This document shows, one piece after another, positions 1 to 8,368 of a stretch of DNA of 64,000 bases. Position numbers and translations under genes: made by a program. The stretch covers positions 2,309-66,308 of the forward strand of contig JAZTXR010000055.1 of assembly GCA_045636545.1 (NCBI GenBank). The letters run 5' to 3'. Under the pieces are notes generated by a model. It saw only the letters and a list, made by a program, of their open reading frames with translations. It had not been told where the DNA came from and made no database searches. This DNA comes from Bacteroidaceae bacterium. GTDB taxonomy: Bacteria; Bacteroidota; Bacteroidia; Bacteroidales; Bacteroidaceae. Positions within the stretch are counted from its first letter, which is position 1; each line of letters opens with the position of its first letter.

Positions 1-1
1 G

Positions 2-160
2 AAAAAGAATTATGTATCACCTCTTGCAGTAGAGGTTAGCGTTGTAGCAGAGTCAATGCTCGCTGCATCTATGAATATGTATAATGAGACAGTGAATACT
101 TCAGAGACCGGTGTTCAGCTTGGTGGCCAGAGCCGCGGCGAATGGGGTAACCTTTGGTAA
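2..160 (+). CDS. 3' end of an unidentified CDS entering from upstream (...GGQSRGEWGNLW*)
   Basis: Open frame from the window edge to TAA at 158-160, followed by a strong intrinsic terminator. 52 residues are too few to assign a family. Confidence 0.4.
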   Translation, partial: KKNYVSPLAVEVSVVAESMLAASMNMYNETVNTSETGVQLGGQSRGEWGNLW

Positions 161-174
161 ATAATAGTAAAAAA

Positions 175-200
175 GTGGAACGGCAACGTTCCACTTTTTT
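175..200 (+). terminator. intrinsic terminator
   Basis: GTGGAACG-GCAA-CGTTCCAC stem-loop followed by T6. Confidence 0.75.
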
Positions 201-204
201 GTTA

Positions 205-229
205 TATACGCGTGCATAGCACGCGTATA
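205..229. promoter_or_regulatory. perfect palindrome TATACGCGTGC-ATA-GCACGCGTATA
   Basis: 11-bp arms with a 3-nt spacer, read directly. Function unknown (operator or second hairpin). Confidence 0.3.
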
Positions 230-326
230 AGGGCTAAAAGGCCAAAAAAGGGCTTTAAGGGCTAAAAGGCTGTTTTGCCGATGGCAGAAGTTTGCCTTAC
301 GGCAACAGGCTCGGTGTGCGTTGCCT

Positions 327-348
327 TTTGTTCCAATTTTGTTCCAAT
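327..348. repeat. tandem direct 11-mer TTTGTTCCAAT x2, 70 nt upstream of the histidine-kinase start
   Basis: Two exact adjacent copies, one helical turn apart. Possible regulator binding site. Confidence 0.5.
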
Positions 349-417
349 ATAATATTTCATGCTTTTTTGCGTTAAATGTTTGTAAGAAATTGTTTGGATT
401 TCTAAAATGTGAAAAGT

Positions 418-1545
418 ATGAAGTGGTTCAATAATTTTGGCAGTGCAAAATATCTGCTGATTACTGTTGCGGCTGTCATTGCTGTGGCTTCGCTGCTGGT
501 GTCTAACCTTATTGTCGATGATTTGAAGCGCGAGGAGGAGCGCCGCATGGAGGTGTGGGCCTCGGCTATGAGTTCTCTCATCTGTGCCGAGATTGATGAG
601 GATGTGAGCCTTGAGGAGGAGATATTGAGCAGCAACAAGACTATTCCGGTTGTGATGCTTGATGAGGATGGTGAGGTGTTGTCCTCCAATAATATAGCCG
701 AAGATGAAGTCGAGGAGAGGGCTGCTGCTATGCGCGAGACGGGTACCAGGATTGAGGTGCCGCTTGGCGATGGCGAGAACTATTATATATACTACGATGA
801 CTCGGACACGCTGGTGCAGCTTGCCTACTATCCCTATATTCAGCTTGCTGTTGTGGTGGTGTTCTTCATAATATGTTTTATGGCCATTCTCAACTCTAAG
901 CGTGCCGAGCAGAACAAGGTGTGGGTGGGCTTGTCAAAGGAGACCGCCCATCAGCTTGGAACGCCTATCTCTTCGCTTATGGCGTGGATTGAGGTGCTGA
1001 AGGGGAAATACCCGTCGGATGAACTGCTGCCCGAGATGGCGCGCGACGTGGAGCGCCTGCAGATGGTGGCTGAACGTTTCTCCAAGATTGGTTCGAAGAG
1101 TGAGCTTGCGATGGTGGATGTGAATGAGGTTGTTGAACGTGCGGTGGGGTATATGAAACGCCGCAGCCCGGCAAAGGTGCGCTATAATCTTGAGCTTTCG
1201 GCTGTGCCGCTTGTTGCCGCTCTTAATGTGCCGTTGATGGAGTGGGTGATGGAGAATCTCTGCAAGAATGCCATAGATGCGATGAGTGGCAGTGGTGAGA
1301 TTACCGTTACTGTTTCCTGTGTGGCCGGCAGGGCCTTTGTGGATGTCACCGACACGGGCAAGGGCATTGCAAAGGCGCGTTGGAACACGGTATTTACGCC
1401 GGGCTTCACAACAAAACCGCGTGGTTGGGGGTTGGGGCTTTCGTTGGCAAAGAGGATTGTCGAGGAGTTCCACAAAGGGCGCATATATATCAAGAAATCG
1501 CAGCCGGGTGTGGGTACGACGTTCCGTATTGAACTAAAAAAGTAA
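418..1545 (+). CDS. membrane sensor histidine kinase (orphan, no adjacent response regulator)
   Basis: Two N-terminal TM segments, H-box ETAHQLGTPISSL, HATPase_c boxes DTGKGI and GWGLGLSLAKRIV. ATG at 418 preferred over the GTG at 409 used by the ORF track. Confidence 0.85.
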   Translation: MKWFNNFGSAKYLLITVAAVIAVASLLVSNLIVDDLKREEERRMEVWASAMSSLICAEIDEDVSLEEEILSSNKTIPVVMLDEDGEVLSSNNIAEDEVEERAAAMRETGTRIEVPLGDGENYYIYYDDSDTLVQLAYYPYIQLAVVVVFFIICFMAILNSKRAEQNKVWVGLSKETAHQLGTPISSLMAWIEVLKGKYPSDELLPEMARDVERLQMVAERFSKIGSKSELAMVDVNEVVERAVGYMKRRSPAKVRYNLELSAVPLVAALNVPLMEWVMENLCKNAIDAMSGSGEITVTVSCVAGRAFVDVTDTGKGIAKARWNTVFTPGFTTKPRGWGLGLSLAKRIVEEFHKGRIYIKKSQPGVGTTFRIELKK

Positions 1546-1628
1546 AGTTTTTTATGAAATAAGGTGTTTCTAAAGAATTTTATTACTATCTTTGTGTCCT
1601 AAAATCGGATAGTGTGGTTGTTAAGCAC

Positions 1629-1636
1629 TACTTTTG
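1629..1636 (+). promoter_or_regulatory. Bacteroidota-type -7 box TACTTTTG (yceD-rpmF promoter)
   Basis: Matches TAnnTTTG and lies 40 nt upstream of the ATG at 1676. It overlaps the TTG the ORF track used as start, which argues against that start. Confidence 0.45.
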
Positions 1637-1675
1637 AGGAGTTATATTATTGATAGAGTTGATTTTATAGTAGCG

Positions 1676-2215
1676 ATGGGAAGATTTGACAAATATAATG
1701 TAGACCTCAAGGGAATGCGGGTAGCCTCCCTTGAAATGGAGTTCGACCTTGATAATGCGTTTTTTGCAGACATTGAGGGCGAGGAGTTTCAGAAAGGTGC
1801 CGTGAAGGCAAAAGTGGCAGTGAACAAGAGCAGGGATATCTTTGATTTCTCCTTTTCTTTGGCGGGGACAGTGGTAGTTCCTTGTGACCGTTGTCTTGAT
1901 GACCTTGCAATAGAGGTGGACACTACGAACACGTTGCGTGTGAAGCTTGGCGACAGCTATGCCGATGAGGGCGATATAGTGATAATCCCCGAGAATGAGG
2001 GTGATTTGAACATAGCGTGGTATCTGTATGAGTTCATTGTCCTGGCATTGCCTATGAAGCGTGTGCATGCACCGGGTAAGTGCAACCACGAGATGACGGG
2101 CAGGCTGAAAAAGCATTCGGCCGATGCGGCAGAGGAGTGCGGGCAAGGAGATGAGATGCAGGTTGACCCACGTTGGGCCGGTTTGAAGGATATATTGATT
2201 GAAGAAGATAATTAA
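1676..2215 (+). CDS. yceD: YceD/DUF177 family protein
   Basis: Acidic ~180-aa protein with a PCDRCL motif, immediately upstream of rpmF (the classical yceD-rpmF arrangement). Confidence 0.7.
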   Translation: MGRFDKYNVDLKGMRVASLEMEFDLDNAFFADIEGEEFQKGAVKAKVAVNKSRDIFDFSFSLAGTVVVPCDRCLDDLAIEVDTTNTLRVKLGDSYADEGDIVIIPENEGDLNIAWYLYEFIVLALPMKRVHAPGKCNHEMTGRLKKHSADAAEECGQGDEMQVDPRWAGLKDILIEEDN

Positions 2216-2239
2216 AGAAATATTTAAAACGTTTTAAAA

Positions 2240-2419
2240 ATGGCACATCCTAAAAGAAGACAATCAAAGACAAGAACTGCCAAGAGAAGAACTCATGACA
2301 AGGCAGTAGCTCCTACATTGGCAATATGCCCTAACTGTGGCGAGTGGCACGTTTATCACACCGTTTGCGGTGCGTGTGGTTATTACAGAGGCAAGCTTGC
2401 TGTAGAGAAAGCTGTCTAA
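2240..2419 (+). CDS. rpmF: 50S ribosomal protein L32
   Basis: 59-aa ORF below the track cutoff: MAHPKRRQSKTRTAKRRTHDK...CPNCGEWHVYHTVCGACGYY, with the bL32 N-terminus and zinc ribbon. Confidence 0.92.
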   Translation: MAHPKRRQSKTRTAKRRTHDKAVAPTLAICPNCGEWHVYHTVCGACGYYRGKLAVEKAV

Positions 2420-2428
2420 ATAATTATT

Positions 2429-2467
2429 CTACCGCCGATGGCTCCCTGCCGACGCGGGTAGTTTTTT
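2429..2467 (+). terminator. hairpin plus T6 after rpmF
   Basis: CTACCGC...GCGGGTAG imperfect stem followed by TTTTTT. Confidence 0.5.
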
Positions 2468-2476
2468 GTCAAAGAC

Positions 2477-2512
2477 AAAAACGCACCTATGGCATAAAGT
2501 AGGTGCGTTTTT
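2477..2512 (+). terminator. second hairpin after rpmF (AAAAACGCACCT...AGGTGCGTTTTT)
   Basis: 12-bp perfect stem with A/T flanks, bidirectional-type terminator shape. Confidence 0.6.
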
Positions 2513-2527
2513 ATTATTTAAGAAGAT

Positions 2528-3412
2528 ATGCATAAAGCCGGTTTTGTAAATATCGTAGGTAACCCCAATGTCGGCAAGTCGACATTGATGAACCTGCTGG
2601 TTGGTGAGAGAATATCGATTGCCACTTTCAAGGCGCAGACTACAAGACACCGCATTATGGGTATATTGAATACCGATGATGCGCAGATTGTGTTCTCGGA
2701 TACTCCCGGTGTGCTCAAGCCCAACTACAAGTTGCAGGAGGCGATGTTGCGCTTCTCGCGTTCGGCGCTACGCGATGCCGATGTGTTGCTCTATGTGACC
2801 GATGTGGTCGAGAGCCCCGAGAAGAACAGCGACTTCATTGAGGAGGTGCGCAAACTGGACGTGCCCATCCTTGTACTCATCAACAAGATAGACCTGACCA
2901 ATCAGGCCGAGCTTGTGAAGAAAGTGGAGCTTTGGCACGAACTCATCCCCGAGGCCGAGATTCTGCCCATATCGGCAACCGCCAAGTTCAATATCGATGC
3001 GGTGATGAAGCGTGTGATGGAGCTGTTGCCCGAGTCGCCGCCATATTTTGAGAAGGATGCGCTCACCGACAAACCGGCACGTTTCTTTGTTACAGAGATA
3101 ATACGCGAGAAAATTCTCCTGCACTATGACAAGGAGATTCCATACGTGTGCGAGGCTGTTGTGGAGCAGTTCAAGGAGGACGAGGGAAAGATATATATAA
3201 AGGCGCTGATATATGTTGAGCGCGATTCGCAGAAGGGTATCATCATCGGTCACGAGGGTTCGGCGCTGAAACGTGTGGCTACCGATGCCCGCCGCGAGCT
3301 TGAGAAGTTCTTTGGGAAAAGGATATTTTTGGAAATTTATGTAAGGGTCGACAAGGATTGGCGTAACAGTGACCGACAGCTGCGCCGTTTCGGTTATGAC
3401 CAGAAAGATTGA
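2528..3412 (+). CDS. era: GTPase Era
   Basis: G1 GNPNVGKST, G3 DTPG, G4 NKID, C-terminal KH domain. Length and order (era then der) are typical. Confidence 0.95.
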   Translation: MHKAGFVNIVGNPNVGKSTLMNLLVGERISIATFKAQTTRHRIMGILNTDDAQIVFSDTPGVLKPNYKLQEAMLRFSRSALRDADVLLYVTDVVESPEKNSDFIEEVRKLDVPILVLINKIDLTNQAELVKKVELWHELIPEAEILPISATAKFNIDAVMKRVMELLPESPPYFEKDALTDKPARFFVTEIIREKILLHYDKEIPYVCEAVVEQFKEDEGKIYIKALIYVERDSQKGIIIGHEGSALKRVATDARRELEKFFGKRIFLEIYVRVDKDWRNSDRQLRRFGYDQKD

Positions 3413-3418
3413 TGTATT

Positions 3419-4732
3419 ATGGGAAATTTAGTAGCGATAGTGGGTCGCCCCAATGTGGGCAAGTCGACCCTTTTCAACCGCTTGACAGAGACCAAGCAGG
3501 CTATCATCTCGGACGAGGCCGGCACCACTCGCGACCGCCAGTATGGCCGTTGCTTCTGGTGTGGAAAAGAGTTCTCGCTTGTGGATACCGGTGGATGGGT
3601 GCGCAATTCGGACGATGTGTTCGAGGAGGCAATCTGTGACCAGGTGACACTTGCGCTCGAGGAGGCCGATGTCATTCTCTTTGTCGTTGATGCCATGAAC
3701 GGCCTGACCGACCTTGATATGGAGATGGCATCAATGCTTCGACGTGCGAAGAAACCGGTGCTTGTTGTTGCAAACAAGGTGGATACATACGAGATGCAGT
3801 ATGGCACAGCCGAGTTCTATAGCCTTGGCCTTGGTGACATGCATTGCATATCGGCAGCCAACGGTAGCGGAACCGGTGACCTGCTCGACGAGATATTGAC
3901 AAAGTTTACAAAGGAGGCCGAGGAGGCACCCGAGGAGAATATCCCCCGTTTTGCTGTTGTGGGACGTCCGAATGCGGGCAAAAGCTCAATCATCAATGTG
4001 TTCCTGGGCGAGGAACGTAATATCGTTACGAACATTGCGGGTACGACACGCGACTCAATCCTTACACGTTACACCAAGTTCGGCTTTGATTTCTATCTGG
4101 TCGACACTGCCGGTATACGCAAGAAGGGTAAGGTGAGTGAGGATATAGAGTACTACTCGGTGCTGCGTTCCATCCGTGCCATTGAGAACAGTGACGTGTG
4201 TATACTTATGATTGATGCTACACGCGGTATCGAGTCGCAGGACTTGAACATCTTCTCTATAATACAGCGTAACCAGAAGGGGCTTGTTGTCGTTGTCAAC
4301 AAATGGGATTTGGTTGAGGACAGGAGCGAGAAGGTGCAGAAGTTCTTTGAGAACGCTATCCGTGAGCGCCTTGCGCCGTTTGTCGATTTCCCCATCATCT
4401 TCACCTCGGCTGTTACAAAACAGCGTGTGTTCAAGGTGCTTGAGACGGCGAAAGAGGTATATCTTAATTCGCAGCGCAAGATTTCGACAGCCAAGTTCAA
4501 CGAGGAGATGCTGCCGCTCATCGAGGCCTATCCGCCACCATCAATCAAGGGTAAGTATATCAAGATAAAGTACTGTATGCAGTTGCACGAGACACGCGTT
4601 CCGTCGTTCCTCTTCTTTGCCAACCTGCCACAGTATGTGAAAGAACCATACAAGCGCTTCCTAGAGAATAAAATCCGTGCCAAATGGAATTTCCACGGAG
4701 TGCCGATGAATATTTTCATCAGGCAGAAGTAG
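3419..4732 (+). CDS. der: ribosome-biogenesis GTPase Der (EngA)
   Basis: Two tandem GTPase domains (GRPNVGKST and GRPNAGKSS, each with DTGG/DTAG and NKxD) plus a KH-like C-terminus. Confidence 0.95.
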   Translation: MGNLVAIVGRPNVGKSTLFNRLTETKQAIISDEAGTTRDRQYGRCFWCGKEFSLVDTGGWVRNSDDVFEEAICDQVTLALEEADVILFVVDAMNGLTDLDMEMASMLRRAKKPVLVVANKVDTYEMQYGTAEFYSLGLGDMHCISAANGSGTGDLLDEILTKFTKEAEEAPEENIPRFAVVGRPNAGKSSIINVFLGEERNIVTNIAGTTRDSILTRYTKFGFDFYLVDTAGIRKKGKVSEDIEYYSVLRSIRAIENSDVCILMIDATRGIESQDLNIFSIIQRNQKGLVVVVNKWDLVEDRSEKVQKFFENAIRERLAPFVDFPIIFTSAVTKQRVFKVLETAKEVYLNSQRKISTAKFNEEMLPLIEAYPPPSIKGKYIKIKYCMQLHETRVPSFLFFANLPQYVKEPYKRFLENKIRAKWNFHGVPMNIFIRQK

Positions 4733-4762
4733 GCGGAACAAGGTTTTCGCTTTAATATTCAG

Positions 4763-4825
4763 ATTCTCCACTGCGTTCAGGATGACAAATTGTATGAATT
4801 TGTCATCCTGACCGCAGTGGAGAAT
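4763..4825. repeat. REP-like palindromic unit (29-bp arms, 1 mismatch, 5-nt loop)
   Basis: ATTCTCCACTGCGTTCAGGATGACAAATT / AATTTGTCATCCTGACCGCAGTGGAGAAT. Each arm carries the GTCATCCTGA..GCAGTGGAGAAT half-site of the family also seen at 40104 and 45714. Confidence 0.7.
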
Positions 4826-4867
4826 TTTTATATGGTAATAATATAGCAGTTGGCCAAGACTGCAAAT

Positions 4868-5011
4868 GTCATGCTGAGCGAAGTCGAATTTTGCAATTGA
4901 ACGAGTTAAAACCAAGTTTACTTGAGTTTTTACAACGAGTGTTTGCAAAATCGCGTAGACAGTGCATCTTAAAAACGATGTTTGAGATATCTCCACTACG
5001 GTCGATATGAC
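4868..5011. repeat. two further half-sites of the same family in inverted orientation
   Basis: GTCATGCTGAGCGAAGTCGAATT (4868-4890) and GAGATATCTCCACTACGGTCGATATGAC (4984-5011). The latter is translated as RYLHYGRYD in the ORF-track entry 4982. Confidence 0.6.
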
Positions 5012-5152
5012 ACACACACACACTTTTTCAAAATGTGGTCCAACATCTATATTATTACTTTTTTTATGTGGCAATATGTTGAAGAACGTTCTTGTTTTTC
5101 GTATTTGCCGAATAGTTTCTACTTAAAAATTATTAATTATTGTTTTTTGTTG

Positions 5153-5160
5153 TATCTTTG
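5153..5160 (+). promoter_or_regulatory. -7 box TATCTTTG upstream of the large lipoprotein gene
   Basis: TAnnTTTG match 77 nt upstream of the ATG at 5237, in AT-rich DNA. Confidence 0.4.
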
Positions 5161-5236
5161 TAGAATGAACCGCTATTATAACTCATTGAGTGATAATTGC
5201 AGGCTTTGTATAATTCGTCATTTAAAACGGACAGAT

Positions 5237-8200
5237 ATGTGTAAAAAAACGTTGAGTGTGCTCTTGTTTGGAGCTTTGTCATTATTCTCCTCTTGTGTGG
5301 ATAATAATTATGACCTGGTGAATAAGGAGATTTCTACCGATGTGAAACTGGAGGGTAACAAGGTCGCTTTGCCGGTGGGCAGTCTGAAGACTGTGGTGTT
5401 GGATTCTCTTATTGATGTGAGTGAAATTGAGATGCTTGAGAAAGTCGCTGATGGTGTGTACGGTATTACCGCTGACAGTACAATCACTGTAGAGGAGAAC
5501 GTTGAGCCCATTACGTTGAATATAGACACAATCCAGCACAGTTTCGATGTGGAATTTGATGAGGTGAATGTCAGCAATGTTCACATTGGTGCGGTGAATA
5601 TTGAGCCGGCAAAGTTCACTACACCGTCAATATCGCTTCAGGATTTGAATAGCAAACTTCCAAAACTGAAGTCAGAGGCTCATGTGGCTTTTAATGTTCC
5701 TGGTCTTGAGGATTTTTTGGAGAAACTGAAAAATTATAGTTCACTTTTCCCCGACGGTACTTTAAATTATACCATTGACGAACAGCAGGTTACTACCGGT
5801 GAGCGTGAGGTGGCTTGTAATTTCAGTTACAAGTTGCCAAATGAGATTGAGACAATAAAGAGCATTGAGCTTGGTGCTGAAGGCAGTAAAGGTACACTTG
5901 TGAGTGTTGTTGTCACTAACCCGAAAGTCTTGGATGGCTGTTATAAGGAAATCAGTTTCGAGGTTGAGTTTCCCAAGATGTTCACTCTTGCAAGAAACGA
6001 AGAAGCAGATCAGGCCGGGAAATATGACATCAATGGTAGCACTATAACTCTTGATCGCTTTGTTACACAGGGAAGTGAAACGTCATTCAGTTTTTATATC
6101 ACAGAAATTTCCGGTATCGACAAATATATTAAGGATGGTTCGATAAATGTAAATGAAACTGTAAAGTATCAGATTTACTATAAGTTAGGTGATGAGAACG
6201 GTGCTGATGTTACATTGACAAAAGATGTGCAGGTTGCCGATTTCGCATTTGATGTGGAGTTTGAGTCGCAGCTCTCATTCCAGGACGTTGCCGGCAAGAC
6301 AAAGGATATCAAGGTCGATTTTAAGGCCATAGAGATGGCTTTCAGTGGCGATTTTGACAATCTTGAGTATATTGATACAATCAAGTATGTGGAGTTTGAC
6401 GAGACAGTGAGCCGAATTAAGTTTGAAACTCACATGGATAAGGATTGGCTCAGTGTCTTTAAACTGAAAGAAGGGTATGCCCTGAAAATCTCGTTCCCTG
6501 ATCAGTTGGATATATCTCCTACCCTTTCCGAATATGAAGGAAAGGACAAAGAGATTGTCTATAATAAGGATGAGCACGCTTTCTACATCTATGATTTGGG
6601 CATACTTGCCGAGACCCATTGGAACCTTGCTCTTCAGAAGCTGACATTGAACCTGCCAGTGGTCAATGACTCATGCCACATGGATGTGAAGGCTGGAATA
6701 GGTTTTGTAAACACCAGGAACCCCGAGGAGACGGGTCATTTCTATCTGGCTGCTCTTGAAATGGAGTCTTTGGTTGATGTGCTTGAAAAGCTGGAAGGTG
6801 AGAAAATGGCGCAGTTTACAATGTCTGAGTCCGATCTTTACATAAAGGATGCTGTTGTGCATACAGAGGTTATACACTCTTCTTTGGACAGTGATATTGA
6901 TTTCAGCCTTAATGAGAAGTTGCCCGCAGAGATAGAACGTATTGAAAAGATTGGTTTTGCCAATGATGTAGAGATTGCACTCGGGCTTTCTGTCATTGGA
7001 CTGGAGAGCCTTGACACCAATGTGGATTTGGATGTGAAGTTGGCATTGCCGTCATTCCTGAAACTGCAACCCTGTGACGGAATTGAAGGTGTGGAAATAA
7101 GTGATGGCGTTCTTGGAATCAAGAAAAGTTATAACCCATCATCCAACGAACCTTTGGAAATCAAGCTGCTTTGTACCGGTCTTGACTTCATGACCGAGGA
7201 GTTCGGGTTCAAGGGTCTTGTGCCGACGGATTCCATCGATGGCAATTCATACATTTCATATAATTGTGACATTGTTGTAGAGGGGGATGCCGCTATCAAC
7301 GGTACAGAATTCCATTCTACGGTGCTGGATAATGATATCTCGTTTGATGTGGATTTCAGTATGGGTGAAATTACGGTCAAGGAGTTCCATGGTCTCTATT
7401 GCGCCGAGATTGAGGGTGTGAATGAGAAGATTGACCTTGACCTTGGCGAGGGACTCGAGTTCCTGCGCGAAGAGGGCAACTCTATTGTTCTTGCCGATCC
7501 TCAGCTTGAGTTTGCGGTGACAAACCCTATGGGTGTTCCCGTTGATATCAGTCTGCACCTCTTCGGTACCGACGAGAACGGTGCTGCCATTGCGGATACA
7601 GAGATTGAAACAATGTTGAGCATTTTACCGGCGGAGTATGACGAGATTACCGGCGAACTGAAGCCTGTAGAGACAAAGCTGTTCCTTACAACAGACACTG
7701 CTGCCAACAGCAAGGCTGGGTATGAGAATGTGGAGATAAAGAACCTTGCAAATCTGTTGAAGAAAATCCCGCACTCCATCAACTTCAATGTCGAGCCGGT
7801 GATAAGGACTGCCGGTGTCACACATCACATTGATATCAGTGAGCCAATAAGGCTTGATGCCGCTTATTCCGTTGTCGTACCATTGAAGTTCAACGAACTT
7901 CACTTGTGCTACACAGACTCGGTTGCCGGCCTGGACAGTGATATGGGTGAAACGCTTGAGATGTTCAGCAATGTGTCGCTTGGTGCAAAGATGGATATCA
8001 TAAATACCATACCGCTTGGCCTGTCGCTCAAAGTGCTTCCGTATGATGTTGACGGCAAAATTATCGAGAATATTGAGATTGATGAGCTGCAGATTGCTGC
8101 CGGTGGTGGCGAGGCTATCATGGACGAGGAGGGTGTGCTTTGCGAGAACCTGACTACGCAGAATTTTAACTTTGCGATAAAGAGCACGGATGGTGACATA

Positions 8201-8347
8201 TCGACACTTGACAAGCTTGTGTTTGTGGTTGAGGCTGCAAGTGACCACACTACAGGTGCGGCTGCACTCAAGGGCGAACAGGGTATCAAGTTGTCGAACA
8301 TAGTGCTTGAGATTGCAGGCGATATTGAGATGGAATTTGAAAAATAA
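5237..8347 (+). CDS. large (1,036 aa) acidic lipoprotein, family not recognised
   Basis: ATG at 5237 gives MCKKTLSVLLFGALSLFSSC, a lipobox with Cys20. The 85 upstream codons in the track entry are translated repeat and promoter DNA. The mature protein is D/E-rich, has few Cys and looks beta-rich. No catalytic motif seen. Confidence 0.75.
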   Translation: MCKKTLSVLLFGALSLFSSCVDNNYDLVNKEISTDVKLEGNKVALPVGSLKTVVLDSLIDVSEIEMLEKVADGVYGITADSTITVEENVEPITLNIDTIQHSFDVEFDEVNVSNVHIGAVNIEPAKFTTPSISLQDLNSKLPKLKSEAHVAFNVPGLEDFLEKLKNYSSLFPDGTLNYTIDEQQVTTGEREVACNFSYKLPNEIETIKSIELGAEGSKGTLVSVVVTNPKVLDGCYKEISFEVEFPKMFTLARNEEADQAGKYDINGSTITLDRFVTQGSETSFSFYITEISGIDKYIKDGSINVNETVKYQIYYKLGDENGADVTLTKDVQVADFAFDVEFESQLSFQDVAGKTKDIKVDFKAIEMAFSGDFDNLEYIDTIKYVEFDETVSRIKFETHMDKDWLSVFKLKEGYALKISFPDQLDISPTLSEYEGKDKEIVYNKDEHAFYIYDLGILAETHWNLALQKLTLNLPVVNDSCHMDVKAGIGFVNTRNPEETGHFYLAALEMESLVDVLEKLEGEKMAQFTMSESDLYIKDAVVHTEVIHSSLDSDIDFSLNEKLPAEIERIEKIGFANDVEIALGLSVIGLESLDTNVDLDVKLALPSFLKLQPCDGIEGVEISDGVLGIKKSYNPSSNEPLEIKLLCTGLDFMTEEFGFKGLVPTDSIDGNSYISYNCDIVVEGDAAINGTEFHSTVLDNDISFDVDFSMGEITVKEFHGLYCAEIEGVNEKIDLDLGEGLEFLREEGNSIVLADPQLEFAVTNPMGVPVDISLHLFGTDENGAAIADTEIETMLSILPAEYDEITGELKPVETKLFLTTDTAANSKAGYENVEIKNLANLLKKIPHSINFNVEPVIRTAGVTHHIDISEPIRLDAAYSVVVPLKFNELHLCYTDSVAGLDSDMGETLEMFSNVSLGAKMDIINTIPLGLSLKVLPYDVDGKIIENIEIDELQIAAGGGEAIMDEEGVLCENLTTQNFNFAIKSTDGDISTLDKLVFVVEAASDHTTGAAALKGEQGIKLSNIVLEIAGDIEMEFEK

Positions 8348-8368
8348 CGTTTTTAATAGGTTTGAATT

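Noticed and set aside
2429-2512. Two tandem hairpins after rpmF, considered as a possible riboswitch or attenuator for era.
   Set aside because: Both look like simple terminator hairpins with T or A/T flanks. There is no conserved-looking multi-stem junction, and only 15 nt separate the second hairpin from the era ATG.
5011-5023. (CA)6.5 dinucleotide run upstream of the lipoprotein gene, considered as a phase-variation tract.
   Set aside because: It is short, lies about 130 nt upstream of the putative -7 box rather than between promoter elements or in coding sequence, and adjoins a repeat end. There is no evidence it can switch expression.
4982-5236. 85-codon N-terminal extension of the large lipoprotein ORF in the track (MRYLHYGRYDTHTH...). 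Analogous extensions occur at 40170-40241 (frr) and 45750-45800 (ABC-F).
   Set aside because: Two extensions start at TTG (4982, 45750) and one at ATG (40170), and all three starts lie inside REP-like repeats. They translate repeat and AT-rich promoter DNA and precede clean ATG starts with proper N-termini (lipobox, RRF and ABC-F consensus).
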